A DNA stretch of 64,000 bases from assembly GCF_004010195.1 (NCBI RefSeq), contig NC_057719.1, forward strand, positions 77,739,260 through 77,803,259, given 5' to 3'. Below the pieces are notes generated by a model, which searched no databases, was not told where the DNA came from, and saw nothing but the letters and a program-made list of their open reading frames with translations. The position numbers and the translations under genes were made by a program. Below are positions 22,672 to 36,607 of this stretch, piece after piece (the stretch's first letter is position 1; each line of letters opens with the position of its first letter). The DNA is from Chiloscyllium plagiosum. Lineage: Eukaryota.

Positions 22672-25600
22672 CAAGATGGAGAATGGGAAAAATTTCTGGC
22701 TGCAACAGGCTGCTCCTTTGAGATATTTTAGATGTTGGAGGTGATTTCCTCATTCCGGGAGCAGCAATTACTGTTTTATATGCTGTTGCATTGTTTTGGA
22801 ACTTGGGGAAAAAAAGTCAAAACAACAGCGCTTTATAAAAGGGAGAGAAACAGACAAAGGCAGCACATAGTGAGGTCATTGCGGGGTTGGAGAGAGAGCG
22901 AGAGAGAGAGCGAGAGACCCAGACCCATACTGCTCCCTGACACCTCAGTGAACCTGTGCAGTTGCTGACTTTGCTGTTTGAATGCATTACTGCTGGACAT
23001 CGGAGTGCATCTGAGAAAATTAGCAAACAATGAAATTCACAACTAATCTTGGAGGAATTTGTTTGGGAGATGTCACAGCGCAGAAACAGTTGTGGGAATA
23101 TTTTTAAGTGTGACCCTACAGTAAGCCTGCAGTAGTCTGTAGAGTGGGTTCTTTCTTGATTATGTTATATTGAGATATGTCTTTTGGTTAATCTTAAAAA
23201 TATAAGCCATAAGTATTTATTTAAGCTGGAGCAGTGTTTTGTTGAGGAATAAGACAGTGCTATTTTCTGTGTCTGTAGATTGGAAGAAGCAAAAAATGGC
23301 CATTAGAGTAATATGCTCTTGTTGGATGTGAGAATTTTTATGGAGCTTACGTGTTACTGAGGATTATATCTGCAATAAATGTCATTGGTTGCGAATCCCA
23401 TCAGACCGAATGAACCGGTTGGAGAGACTGTTAGAGGCAATCAGGAATTTACAAGTGGAAGGGGGTGTGATGGGTGGCAGTTATAGGGAGGGAGACAAAT
23501 TGCAGATACAGTCACATAGATGGGTTAACTCCAGGAAAGGTAAGAGAGATAGGCAGGTAGTGCAGGAGGCTTCTGTGGCTATCCCCATTTCAAACAAGTA
23601 TGCTGTATTGGAAAATGTAGGTGGTGATGGATTCTCAGGGGAAGGTAGCTCGAACAGCCAAGTTTCTGGCATCAAGACTAGCTCTAATGCAATGAGGGGT
23701 ACGTCAGGTTCCTATAGTGTGTTAGGGGACACTCTAGTCCGAGGCACAGACAGACGTTTCTGTGGCCAGGAGCAAAAAACCAGAATGGTGTGTTGCCTCT
23801 CTGGTGCCAGGATCAAAGATGTCTCCAAGATGGTGTAGAATGTTCTTAAGGGGTAGAGGGCCCAGCAGGAGGTCTTTGTACATATTGGAACCAATGACTT
23901 AGGAAAGGAAAAGGATGAGATTTTGAAGGGAAATATACAGAGTTAGGCAGGAATTTAAAAAGGAGATCCGAGAGAGTAGTAATATCTGGATTACTCCTGG
24001 TGCTGGAGCTAGTGAGGGTAGGAATAGGAGGATAGAGCAGATGAATACATGATTGAGGAGCTGGTGTATGGGAGAAGGGTTCACACTTTTGGATCATTGG
24101 AATCTCATCTGGGGTAGAAGTGCCCTGTACAAGAACGACTGATTGCAACTGAATTAGAAGGGGACTAATATACTGGCAGGGAGATTTGTTAGAGCTATTC
24201 TGGGGGATTTCAGCAATTGTGGTGGGGGTGGTGGTGGTGGTGTGTGGGACCCATGGAGATAGTGAGGAAAGAGATCAATTTGAGACATTACAGATGATAA
24301 AAGAAGCAAGTCAAACAGGGCAGGCAGGGACAAAGCAGAGAACCAGGTAAGACCGATAAATTTAAGGTGCATTTATTTCAATGCATGAGGCTTAACAGGG
24401 AAGGCAGATGAACTCTGGGCATGGTTAGGAACATGGGACTGGGATATCATAGCAATTGCAGAAACATAACTCAGGAATGGACTGGATACATTCAGCTGAA
24501 TGTTCCAGGATACAAATGCTACAGGAAGGACAAAGGGAGGCAAGAGAGGAGGGGGAGTGGTGTTTTGATAAGAGAGAGCATTACAGCTGTACTGAGGGAG
24601 GATATTCCCAGAAATACAACCAGGGAAGTTATTTGGGTGTAACTGAGAAATAAGAAAGGGATGATCACCTTATTGGGATTGTATTGTAGACCCTCTTATA
24701 GTCAGTGGGAAATTTGAGAAACAGATTTGTAAGGAGATCTCCGTTATCTGTAATAATAATAGGGTGGTTATGGTAAGGGATTTTAACTTTCCAGACATGT
24801 ACACACTTAACAGTATGACAGTCAGTCTAAGAATATTTTCTGATTCGGTATGTGGATGTACCGACTAGAGAAGGTGCAGAACTTGACCTACTCTTGGGGA
24901 AATAAGGCAGGGCAGGTGACTGAGGTGTCAGTGGGGGAGCACTTTGGGGCCAGCGACCATAATTCTATTCATTTTAAAATAGTGATGGAAAAGGATAGGC
25001 CAGATCTAAAAGTTGAAGTTCTAAATTGGAGAAAGGCCAATTTTGACGTTATTAGGCAAGAACTTTCAAAAGCTGATTGGGGCAGATGTTCGTAGGTATA
25101 TGGGCAGCTGGAAAATGGTAAGTCTTCAGAAATGAGATAACGAGAATCCAGAGACAGTATGTTCCTGCAAGGGTGAAAGGAAAGGCTGGTATGTGTAGGG
25201 AATGTTGGATGACTAAAGAAATTGAGAGTTTGGTTAAGAAAAAGAAGGAAGCATATGCCAGGTATAGACAGGATAGATCGAGTGAATCCTTAGAGTATAA
25301 AGGCAGTAGGAGTATACTTGAGGGAAATCGGGGGGGTTAAAAAGGGGACATGAGAGAGCTTTGGCAAATAGAGTTAAGGAGAATCCACAGGGCTTTTTCA
25401 AATACATTAAGGACAAAAGGGTAACTAGGGAGAGAATAGGGCTCCTCAAAGATCAGCAAGGCGATCAGCAGGAGATGGGTGAGGTACTAAATGAGGTACT
25501 AAATACATCAGTATTTATTGTGGAAAAGGACATGGAAGATATAGACTGTAGGGAAATAGATGGTGACACCTTGCAAAATGTCCATATTACAGAGGAGGAA

Positions 25601-27146
25601 GTGCTGGATGTCTTGAAATGCATAAAAGTGGACAAATCCCCAGAACCTGATCAGGTGTACTCTCGAGCTCTGGGAAGCTAGGGAAGTGATTGCTGGGCGC
25701 CTTGCTGAGATATTTGTATCATCAATGGTCACAGGTGAGGTGCCGGATGACTGGAAGTTGGGTAACGTGGTGCAACTGTTTAAGAAGTAAGGACAAGCCA
25801 GACAAGTATAGATTGGTGAGCCTGATGGTGGTGGTGGGCAATTTGTTGGAGGGAATCCTGAGGGATGGGATGTACATGTATTTGGAAAGGCAAGGACTGA
25901 TTAGGGATAGTCAACATGGCTTTGTGTGTGGGAAATCATGTCTCACAAACTTGATTGAGTTTTTTTAACGAAAAGGATTGATGAATGCAGTGAACGTGAT
26001 CTATATGGACTTCAGTAAGGCATTTGACAAGGTTCCCCATGGGAGACTGGTTAGCAAGTTTAGATTTCATGGAATACAGGGAGTGCTTGCCCCTTGGATA
26101 CAGAACTGGCTCAAAGGTAGAGGACAGAGGGTGGTGGTGGAAGGTTGTTTCTCTGACTAGAGGCCTGTGACCATTGGAGTGCCACAAGGATTGGTGCTGG
26201 GTCCTCTACTTTTCGTCATTTATATAAATGATTTGGATGTGAGCATGAGAGTAAATTTGCAGATGATGCCAAAATTGGAGGTGGACAGCGAAGAAGGTTA
26301 CCTCAAATTACAATGGTAAGTTGATCAGATGGGCCAATGGGCTGAGGAGTGGCCAATGGAGTTTAATTTCGGTAAATGCGAAGTGCTGCATTTTGGGAAA
26401 GCAAATCTTATCCGGACTTATAGGCTTAATGGTAAGGTCCTGGGGAGTGTTGCTGAACAAGGAGACCTTGGAGTTCAGGTTCATAGCTCCTTGAAAGTGG
26501 AGTCACAGGTAGGTAGGATAGTGAAGAAGGCATTTGAAATGCTTTCCTTTATTGGTCAGAGTGTTGAGTACAGGAGTTGGGAGGTCATGTTGCGGCTATA
26601 CAGGACATTGGTTAGGCCACGTTTGCAATATTGCATGCAATTCTGGTCTCCTTCCTGTCGGAAGGATGTTGTGAAATGTGAAACGGCTCAAAATATTTAC
26701 AAGGATTTTGCCAAGGTTGGAGGATTTGAGCTATAGGGAGAGGTTGAATAGGCTGGGGCTGAGGGTTGGCCTTATAGTGGTTTATAAAATCATGAGGAGC
26801 ATGGATAGGATACATAGTCGTTTTCCTGGGGTGGGGGAGTCCAGAACAGGAGGGCATAGGTTTTGGGTGAAAGGGGAAAGATACAAAAGAGACCTAAGAG
26901 ACAACTATTTTACGCAGAGGGTGGTATATGTATGGAATGAACTGCCAGAGAAAGTGCTGAAGGCTAGTACGATTGGAACATTTAAAAGGCATCTGGATGC
27001 GTACATGAATTGGAAGGGTTTGGAGAGATAGGGGCCGGGTGCTGGCAGGTGGGACTAGATTGGGTTGGGATATCTGCTCAGCATGGACGAGTTGGACCGA
27101 AGGGTCTGCTTCCATGCTGTACATCTTTATGGCTGTCTGACTCTAA
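22672..27146 (+). mobile_element. Near full-length CR1 (HER1-like) LINE: 5' UTR, ORF1 (Zn/leucine zipper + SGNH esterase), ORF2 (APE + RT); inactivated
   Basis: ORF1 ...VLGDTLVRGTDRRFCG...VCCLSGARIKDV, HIGTND; ORF2 GEHFGASDHNSI, SQHGFVCGKSCLTNLIEFF, YMDFSKAFDKVPH, GVPQG, KFADD; many stops and frameshifts; 3' UTR present. Confidence 0.93.
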
Positions 27147-27287
27147 GTTGCCAGTGTGCTGCATCTCCCAGTAATTTGAATTTTAAAATGCAGAGCCTTT
27201 GTCATATGTGCTCATTGCTGATTTCTTTATTAAACTAGAAATTCTTTCCATGGGAAATTGTATTAAAAGTATTTGTACTTTCCACAG

Positions 27288-27363
27288 CTCCGGACATCCT
27301 GGCCGATGAAAATTTATCTTGGTGCACTGGATGGTAAATTCCTGAGGCCTTTCCCAATATCAC
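27288..27363 (+). CDS. Host-gene coding exon D: LRTSWPMKIYLGALDGKFLRPFPIS
   Basis: Acceptor ttgtactttccacag|, donor CAC|gtaaga; 76 nt, only the phase-0 frame is open, matching the phase-0 end of exon C. Confidence 0.6.
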
Positions 27364-29422
27364 GTAAGATCATTTTACAGTATTTGTTTCTCTATAAACT
27401 GTACAATAGCAACAAGCTCAATGAGAATGAATAAAGATGATAGAAGCAAAATTCTGAAATGCCTTTTGAAATTGTGTATTTAACAATTATATAGCAGTGA
27501 AAAGCTTAAAAGAAATCACAGCTGTCAATACCTTAGCAAAGCACAACCATCCAGAGTGGAGAAGTGGTTCTTGGCATTCTTTTCTTCCCATTCTCAGCTT
27601 CACTGTCACCTCATTTCGTCAGCAATCTCCGGAAGACTGAGCTACCATGTATGTATCAAGCAAGTTGAAATCAAGTCATGTTACCAGATGTCACATGAAT
27701 TAGATGTCATGTGGTCAGAATATCACATGAGCATGCATCCAGCTTCATTTAGCAACTGTAATCCCACTCCTTTATAAATATGCACTGTTGATACATTATA
27801 ATTATTCCTAAGACTGTAAGACAGGAGCAGAAGTGGGCCATTCAGCCCCTTGATTCTGCTGTACCATTCACTAAGACCATGGTTGATAATTACTATTCTT
27901 TGACCCTTTCTATTTTAACTGGCAATTCAATAAGAATTGACTGAATTTGTTGCAATGATAGGTTACTCATAGTTTTGGAGCCAGTCTCTTAATTTTCATT
28001 CAAAGTAATTGCGTTCCAGACCATTTACTTTCTTAAATGCCTCTTGGGTAATTTCTCAAGTACATCCTTTTCAAGAAGCTTTGGTCTCTTTCGTCTTTCT
28101 CAGTATCTCTCCGATTTCATAATCAGTGCATTAGCACCAGTATTTGTATGTACCTCTTGTATCTTGGTGGCCACAATCAACCAATGAATGCAGTAATGCA
28201 AGGTGTGGACCGGACAGAGTACTATCTTCCTCTGACTTGCATTCAACAATGTTGGTTTAAAGTTCTCTTCACTTTGACTTATTTCATAACAACCCATTTG
28301 TTAGATATCTTAAATAACAAGCAAACCACTTGATACATTTGTCGCAAAGTAGAATTGAAAAGTACAGCAGGGATGTTTAATTTGTACTGAATTTTAGTTA
28401 CACTCCTCTTGGACTACTTTGTTTTATGTGTTTGCAAATTATCAAAAGTATGTAAAGACACTGGGCAAATTGAATAACCAGGAATCTGCCATTTGATGCT
28501 GAAATCGAAGTGCATTTCAAAAGTTGCAACTGCTGCAATCAAACTGTGTGTGGAGAAACAGCAAGTGACAAAATACATGGGAACACCACCTTCAAGTTCC
28601 AACTTGGAAATATGTCACCATTCCTTCACTGTCATTCAGTCAAATACCTGGAATCCCCTCCCTGCTGGAAGTGTGGGTCGACCGACAGCATGTGGACTGC
28701 AAAAATTGAAGAAGGCAGCTCACCACCATCATCTCGAGGGCAACTAGGAACAGGTGATAAATGCTGGCCCAGCTAAGAAGAGGATGCAAGAGAACAACAC
28801 AGGTCAGTGAGTCATACACCTTTCCAGCCCATTGAGAGAAACAAATATGGCAACATTTGGCTCCTGAGCTTGGTGATGCTTGACCAAGGCAGACCATCAT
28901 TTTGTGAGACTGAAGGCTGATCAAAGTGACTTGGACACAATATAAAAACAATGTACAAGGATGATACCAGTGTGGAAACTAACCCCAGTCTTGTCTTTTC
29001 TTCTCTCTGAGTAATAGATGTTGAGAGTGGCTTAAACAAACAGCGGGCTTGAAAATTATGGAAAGGTTTTCTAGGCTAAATGTAGAGAATATGTTTCCAC
29101 TTTTGGGGAGTTCAAAATTAGTGGCTGTAGACGTAGAGAGCATAGCATGGGTAGAACAAGAATGTCACCAGCACATGTACTTGAGCTGAATGGCAAATAT
29201 GCATTTAAGGAGAAACTACAAGGCGACTCTTATTGCAAAATGCCAGGCCTCGTGGTCCTGGGTAGGGAGGCTGAGTTCAAGTTCCACCTGCTCCAGAGGT
29301 ATGTAATAACATCTCTGAACAGGTTGATTAGAGGGGAAGAAATGGTATGAGCACATGGAGAAAGGAACTGTACTATGCTGCTATCATGCTCGATTTAGAG
29401 ATCCCATGTTATGTATTTTCAG

Positions 29423-29466
29423 GTCTTTTCAATACTTTTAAAAACTGGATCCAAGCAAGCTATTGA
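29423..29466 (+). CDS. Possible terminal coding exon E: (R)LFNTFKNWIQASY*
   Basis: Acceptor atgtattttcag|; phase 1 entry from exon D gives 14 codons then TGA; ATTAAA about 70 nt downstream. Weak support. Confidence 0.3.
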
Positions 29467-29849
29467 AATGGCTACCACAAGTTGTGATACTTGGCATTTA
29501 AACCACCAACAGTATCAAGTCTGCAGTGAATAGCATTAAATATGGACATTCACAACTCTCAGGGAATTCACAATCTCTTTTAAAATTCAACAGGCCTCCT
29601 GTGTTGGCCTATTCTTACACAAAATGTCTAACTTCATGTTGGACAAAAAGAAAGTTGGAAACTTAATTTATGGCAGACAAACATGAGAGGTCACTATGAA
29701 CGTTGCACTGTGCTTTGATGCTTTTTTCCGCCCAAACTATACTGGGTTAATCTCAGGGGGTCTTCGTCCATGACACAGATTTGTGAAATCAATATGAATA
29801 CCACCTCCTTAAAGTACTCTGAAGTTGAGAAAAAACAACATAAGACCAG

Positions 29850-30625
29850 GGCTAACCTTTTAATTGTTTAGAGAGATTTGTTAGTGCTATTGGGGAAGGT
29901 TTAAACCAGTTTGTCAGCTGGATGGGAACTTGACAAAGAGTTCAGAGAATTAAAACCGCTTATCATGGGAAGTGGAAGCAGCAGAAACACTTCCTCGCAT
30001 CAATATACAGGATAGGGCTTTTAATTCTGCTTTGATAACACACTATCTGAATTCACATAAGTTGCATGACTTGATCATGCTAGTAGAAGTAAAAGGATAT
30101 GAAAAAAAAAATCCATTATGGAAAAGTGGCTGCAAGGGTTACTGAGACTGGGAAATGAATGTTCAAAGGTATTTGGTAGTTAGCAAGGTTAGAGAAAAAG
30201 GAAGGGAGGTAGTATAAAGCTGATAACAAAAGGTGGGATCAATGTATTGGTAAGCAGCAGATCTCTAATCAGAAGGACAGTAGAATCTGTTTGGATGAAA
30301 CTCATAAACAACAAGAGGTAGTAAACATTAGTTGGAGAGGTTTATAGGTTTCCAACAGTAATGGTAAGACTTAACATGGCATAAATCAGAAAATTTGAGG
30401 TGCATAAAGTGAGGGAAATGCAGTAGTCATGGGTGACTTCAGTCCACATATGGAGTGGGTAAACCTTAAAGAACAAGTTTGGAGGAAAGATTCCTGGCAT
30501 GTTTTGAGATTGATCCTGAAAGCACTTTTGATGAGCAACCAAGGCGTGGGCCATTTTAGACTGAGCATTATGCGACATGAAAAATCTAATTAATAATCTT
30601 GTTACAAAGGAATCTTTTAGGATAT
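29850..30625 (+). mobile_element. Old CR1 fragment (ORF1 end / endonuclease)
   Basis: ggggaaggtttaaacc, gactgggaaatgaatgttcaaagg, gtcatgggtgacttca, gccattttagact motifs of the CR1 APE domain. Confidence 0.6.
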
Positions 30626-32844
30626 TGGTATTTATACAGTGAATGCCAAGATAATGGTAAATGTGGTGTTGCCAAAACACCTTTTTTGTTGTTACGGCAT
30701 ATATGCATATTACTCATCACTTGCTGCAGTGAAGAACCGTGGATATGTTCAGTGCACAGCATTATTTGGAGTATGCGCAGTGCAAATGCTGGCAGTAGAC
30801 AGGCATTTATTTGACAGATCAAAAAACATAGATTTTTGACTGGTAAAGGAAGTGGCTAGACTGGGCTTCTCCAGAAATATGTAGATTACAAACTCCCAAA
30901 AAATAACTTGCTGTGTCCTGCATACACACCTTTGTAGATCATAGACTGGACTGGACAACAAATTATAGCCAAAACACAGCAGAATTTAGCTCTAGATTTC
31001 CCCTCCCCCTCACAAAACGTTCTGAGGAGCTGCTCAGACTAAAAAAATGTGAAGTGATGTTTATCAGGGAATAATGCTGGGACATTGACATTCAAAATTA
31101 TGCCCAAATTTGTTTCTGGCAACTACTCCAGGTTTCGTTGATGTATGGAGCCGGAGGCTGGAACTCACTGCCTTATCGCCTTACATTGTGGTGGAAATCC
31201 AGGAAAAAAAGTTCATTTCCTTCACCACTGATGTTTCGTAGCAGTGGTATGTAGCGCCTACAAGATGCACTGCAGAAATTCACCAGGGCTCCTTAGACAG
31301 CAGTTTCTCAAACTTCCATCTCTAAGGAGAAGGACAACAGATAGATGGACACTCCGCCACATGGAAGCTCCCCTCCAAGCCCCTCTCCATCCAGTCTTGG
31401 AAATATATTCCCATTCCTTGTGTTGTTGGTCAAGATCCGAGAATTCCCTCCTGAATGGTCCACTGACATCATGTGGATTACAGCAGTTCAAGAATGCAGT
31501 TCACTACCGCTACCTTGAGGGCAGCTAATGATGGACAATAAATAGTGGTCCAGATCCCATGAGTGAATTTTAAAATTTTAAAAAAATTCCCTCTTGTAGC
31601 TTTTCTTCAAAGAAACAACAAACCATTGAAATACTGGCATGCAGGGTGATCTGGACTCGAGGGGAAAATACACTGTTGCAATTCAATGTGTAGGAAATAC
31701 TGTATGAAAGAATGATTAGATTAGATTAAATTACTTAGTGTGGAAACAGGCCCTTCGGCCAATGCGTGGAATAAAAATCTTCTGAACCTGTATTCATCCA
31801 AATGTATACATTGGAATTACCGATGTCGCTGGGATGCAATTTCTTTTCTGGTATCTGTTAGGAAAATGATGCGTTTTCTTTACAAATCTGCAATTGAAAT
31901 GCAAATCTTTAATGGAAGGAAAGATTTAAGAGTTGGAAGATGTAAATTGTGATGCCAGTACTAAGGCTGATGAAATTTAGATCAAGAAGGAATGAAGTTA
32001 ACTTGCAACGTAGAAAAATGTGAAAAGGAGGAGGAAGATCAAGGGGTAAGATCAAAATTTGAGTGTAGTGATTAAGGAGTGAGCGATCAATGTTGTACAA
32101 AAGCACAGAATGCCAAAGATTATGTCTGTGTCAATATGACATAAACAAGGAAGGGTTGCTTGATTCTTGGCTATGGAAATGTACTTTGGAATTTGTTTCC
32201 ATATGTCAATATCTCAGTAATAGGAAGGACTGGAGAATGAGCAACAAATTACTTTTTGCTGTGGGGTCTTTTTTTCAAACTTCACTGCAGTTTTTTTGTT
32301 TTTCTTGGATTTGATCTCATCAGTATAAAGAAATTGCTCTGTCATTCATTTTTTGTTAAAGTTAGTATGGAAACAGTTGGATAAAGCAAATAGTTACTAA
32401 CTGTGACCAGCTGTCTAAAATGTAATGAAAAGGAATATTCTAAGATTATGCTTTCAGTATTGAAGAAAGGAACTGGTATCTCTGTCACGTCCTTGAAGTT
32501 AATGGTTTTGTCTTCTCCCTATATTGTACATCCACTGAGCTACACAGGCTTGAGAAACTGTTGCCTGCTGTTTCATGTGGCAACATTGTAAAGCTGTTTT
32601 TTAAAAATTCATCATGACATTGCTCAGGCTTGGCAACAGAAGGAATTCTCTTTCCTCACACCCTGAAAACATGGAAATCCTGTCTCAGCTTGTTGCCTGA
32701 CAAAAATCCAATGCAGATGTTGGAAATCCAACAAAACCAGAAATTGTTGAAAAACCCATCTGGTCTGGTGGCATCAGTGGAAAGAAAACAATTAACAGGT
32801 TAGGTCATTGGAATAATTTGGGGAATAAACATTGTTCTTAGTGG

Positions 32845-33064
32845 TGAAAAATGTGTTGCTGGAAAAGCGCAGCAGGTCAGGCAGCGTCCAAGGAGCAGGA
32901 GAATCGATGTTTCGGGCATAAGCCCTTCTTCAGGAATGAGGAAGGTGTGCCAAGCAGGCTAAGATAAAACGTAGGGAGGAGGGACTTGGGGGAGGGAATG
33001 TGATAGGTGGAAGGAGGTTAAGGTGAGGGTGATAGGCCGGAGAGGGGGTGGGGGCGGAGAGATA
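32845..33064 (-). mobile_element. PLE terminal-repeat insertion with hammerhead motif
   Basis: Reverse complement of the element at 1-210; CTGAAGA-A-GGGCTTATGCCC-GAAACATC at 32906-32933(-); probable TSD ttctta(g/a)tgg at 32835-32844 and 33065-33074. Confidence 0.75.
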
Positions 33065-33164
33065 TTCTTAATGGCCAGGATCCAGAGTCCTGAAGTCTGT
33101 GTTACTTGCCTGATGTGTTCCAGAATCTCATCTGGGTTGCAGAGAAACATGCACTGAGAGGAAT

Positions 33165-36100
33165 GATTCATTTGTCATGGTTGACACTGGTGCCAACAAT
33201 ATAGGTCGAAAGAGGAATGAGGTTCTGTTGAGGGAATATGAACAGCTAGCGGCTAATTCAGAAAGCAGAACCAAACGGGTAGTGATCTCAGTTTGTGGTT
33301 CAGGTCTTAATCATAATTGGCACGGGGTCAACAAGATTAAAGAGGTAAATGTGTGGCTCAAGTTTGATTCCATGGGACAGGGAAGGAGGGAGCTGTTCTG
33401 ATGGTATGGGTTCTGCCTGAATCATCCTGGGACCAAAGTCCTGGTGAGTCGCGTAAATCGGGCAGGAGATAGCTCTTTAAACTAAAGATGGGTGGGTTCA
33501 GGTTGCATGGGAAATTATAAAATCTAAGAATATAGGATTGAGAAATTAAAAGAAAGGAGCAGAATAAAGGAATATCATATTGTACCAAGCAACCTAAAAA
33601 TGTAGGGAAATTTGATAACAGAACAAGCTGAAAAAGATTTTGTATGTTAATGCATAAAGCATTCAGATTAAGTTAGATGGAGTGCATATAGAGGTAAATG
33701 AAGATGATCGCATACCCATTCAGGAAACATGGTTACATGGAGATCAAAACTGGGAACTTAACTTTTGGGGAAATTTAATCATTCAGTGGGACACAAGAAA
33801 TGGAAAAGGTAGTGGGGTAGCATTCTCTAATAAATGAAATGATAGTTGTGAGATGATCTGGGCTCAAACAATGTAGAATCCATTTGAAGAGAGGTAAGAA
33901 ACAGCATGGGAATGAAGATGTTAGTAGGAGTAATATACAGACCCACAAACAGGAGCCACTCTGTAGGAAAGGCTATAAATCAACAAATAATTGGAGCATG
34001 TTCAAAGAATAGAGCAATACTTATGGGTGACTTTAATCTTCATGTTGTTTAGGTTAATCAAATTGGAAAGGGTAGCTACGTGAACAAATTAATAGTGTGT
34101 ATTAGGGATAGTTTCCTTGAGTAACATGTCATGGAGCCAACTAGGAGAATTACATCTTGGATCTGATCATGGGTAACTGGGCCAGTTTAATAAATCACCT
34201 CTGAGTAAAAGTTCTTCGAGGAAGTAGTGATCATGAAATGAGGATAGAGTTAGCTAAAGTGAATTGGGTAAATAGATTAGCAGGGATAACAGTAAGCAAG
34301 CAGTGGCAGGCATTTAAAGATGTAAGTCATGACTCTCAGCAAAAAAATATATCCTGCTAAGGATGTAAGAAGGGTACCTGTGATCGTGGGTGGATTCAAA
34401 GTATGAGGGATGAAATCTGAGTGGAATCCACATGGGGTAGTCTGAGCCAGACATTGGATAAGAGTCCTCTCCCCATCCAATAAGTTGTTTCACTGTCTTC
34501 TGATGCTGTCTCTCCACCTGGACCTCTCCCCCTCTGGCATTTTACTTGCACTCGACCTGTTCATAGAGAACTAATGCCATAATGTTTCTCTGTCTCCCCA
34601 CTCCTTATTCATTCCTTCTGCACTAACTACACTCAATGCTCTCAAATCTAACCCTGATTTTGTATTAAGCCTTCCAGTCTTGTTGTCTGATGTATTGACT
34701 TCTATATTTCATCTGGTGATCTCTCCAGGAACTGTCTATCCAAGCTTATAATCCCCAAATTACACACAACCCGCTTCTACCTCCTTCACAAAACCAATAA
34801 GAAGGACTGTCAGGGCAGGACCATTGTTTCTGCCTGCTTCAGCCCCACTGAACTCTCCTCTTCCTACCTCATGTTTTTTCTCTCCCTTGTTCTGTTCCTT
34901 CCCACTTACATTGATACTTCTGACATTTTTGCTCCAGTTTCATAATTTTCACTTGACTGAAAACCTCCACTTTTTTACCATGGATATGCAATCCCCTTAC
35001 ATGTCCATCCCCCATCAGGATGATCTCAGGCCACTCTACTTCATCCTGGAAAAAATTACCTGAATTGTCCCCATCCACCATTATCCTCCTCTGCCTGGCC
35101 AAGCTTGTCCTCACTTTTTGAGCAACTTCTCCTTTAACTCCTCCCATTTTCTTATGATCAAAGGGGTGATTGCCATGGGTACCTGCATGGGTCCCAGTTA
35201 TGCCTGTCTCTTTTTGGGCTATGTGGAACATTCCATCTGTAGTCCTACTGTAGCCCCCAACCACAACTGTTTCTCTGGGAAATCATTCTTTTTTTTAGCT
35301 GAAATTGAAAAAGTTTATCTATTTTACTTCCAACTTCCACCCTACTCTTGCCTTCACCTGATCCATCTCTGACTCTTCTCTTCTTCAGCATCTCTGTTTA
35401 CATTTTTGGAAATAGGTTGACCACCAATATTCACTGCAAACAGATTCCCACAGTTACCTTGACACAGTCACCCTACTTCCTGTAAACAGACTGTTCCATT
35501 CTCCCAGTTCCTCCCTCTCTGCTGCATCTGCTGTGGTAATGCCAAATTTGACAAAGGGGCCTCCAAAGTGTTCTCCACCTTCAACTGAGGATTCCCTACC
35601 ACGGTCGTTGACAGGGCCCTCAGCCATATCTCCACACTTAGGACCTTACCCCCAATCTTCGCTCCCCCCTTCATCCTACTACAATCCTACCACATCCATA
35701 TCCAAAGGATCATGAGCTACAATTTCCACCAGCTCCAGCGGGATGGTCCCCACCAGATACATATACCCATCCTCTCCCTCATTAGCCTTCCATAGGGATG
35801 ATTCCATCCAGGACACTTGGATCCACTCCTTGTCTATTCTGAATATCTCCCCCCCCCAACCCCCCATCACCACGCACTTTCCCTTGCAATCGCAAAATAT
35901 GTAACACCTGCCCATTTACTTCCTCCTCACCATCAAAGGCCCAGACACACCTTCAGTTCTGAGGAAGGGTCACGGAACCTGAAACACCAGCTCTGCTTTC
36001 TCTGCAGATGCTGTCAGGCCTACTTTCTTTCTCCAGCAATTTGTTCTTGTGTCTCATTTACAGCATCAGCAGTTCTTTTGTTTTATTGTTGGAAAAATAT

Positions 36101-36600
36101 TAAGGAAGCAATAGCAGGCCATTTGGAAAATGATAATCTAATCAAGCAGAGGCAGCATGTTTTCTTGAAAGAGGAATAGTGCCTGAATCAGTATCAATCA
36201 GAATATATTGAGGAGAACCAGTAGATGTGTTGTATTTGGATTTCCAAAAGACATTCAACAAAATACCTCTCAAAAGTTAAATCAGCTGAATGCTATGAAC
36301 AATTTTGGCCCCCTTATCTAGGAAAAAATAAACTGGCATTGGAAATAGTGCAGAACACATTCACTAAGTGATCCCAGATATGAAGGGACTGTCTTATGAG
36401 GAGAGGTTGAGTAGGTTGGATTTGTATTCATTGAAATTTAAAATAATGAGCACCTATCTTCTTGAAACTTACAAAATTCTTCAGGGATTTGACAGATTAG
36501 TTTCTCTTTGTGGGAGAGTCTAAAACTAAAGGGCAGAGTTGAGGACTGTCAGATGAGCCATGATATCACTGAAGAGCAGAGTAGATGTGATGGGCTGAAT
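33165..36600 (+). mobile_element. Old CR1 LINE split by a Penelope insertion
   Basis: ORF 33177..33401 (GANNIGRKRNEVLLREYEQL...VVIS, esterase), APE remnants to about 34370, RT remnants resume at about 36090. Confidence 0.7.
34400..36090 (+). mobile_element. Degraded Penelope-like element
   Basis: FTMDMQSPYMSIPH, MIKGVIAMGTCMGPSYACLFLGYVEH (PLE RT motifs); 3' tail with degenerate hammerhead CTGAGGAAGGGTCACGGAACCTGAAAC at about 35958-35985. Confidence 0.8.
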
Positions 36601-36607
36601 GACTACA

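Noticed and set aside
27288..27363. Alternative frame SGHPGR-TGA-KFILVHW as a selenocysteine read-through
   Set aside because: A second TGA follows in that frame, no SECIS was identified, and the phase-0 frame is fully open and phase-compatible
31788..31854. Minus-strand exon candidate IPEKKLHPSDIGNSNVYIWMNT (cctaacag acceptor)
   Set aside because: Weak donor, no partner exons established and no recognisable protein
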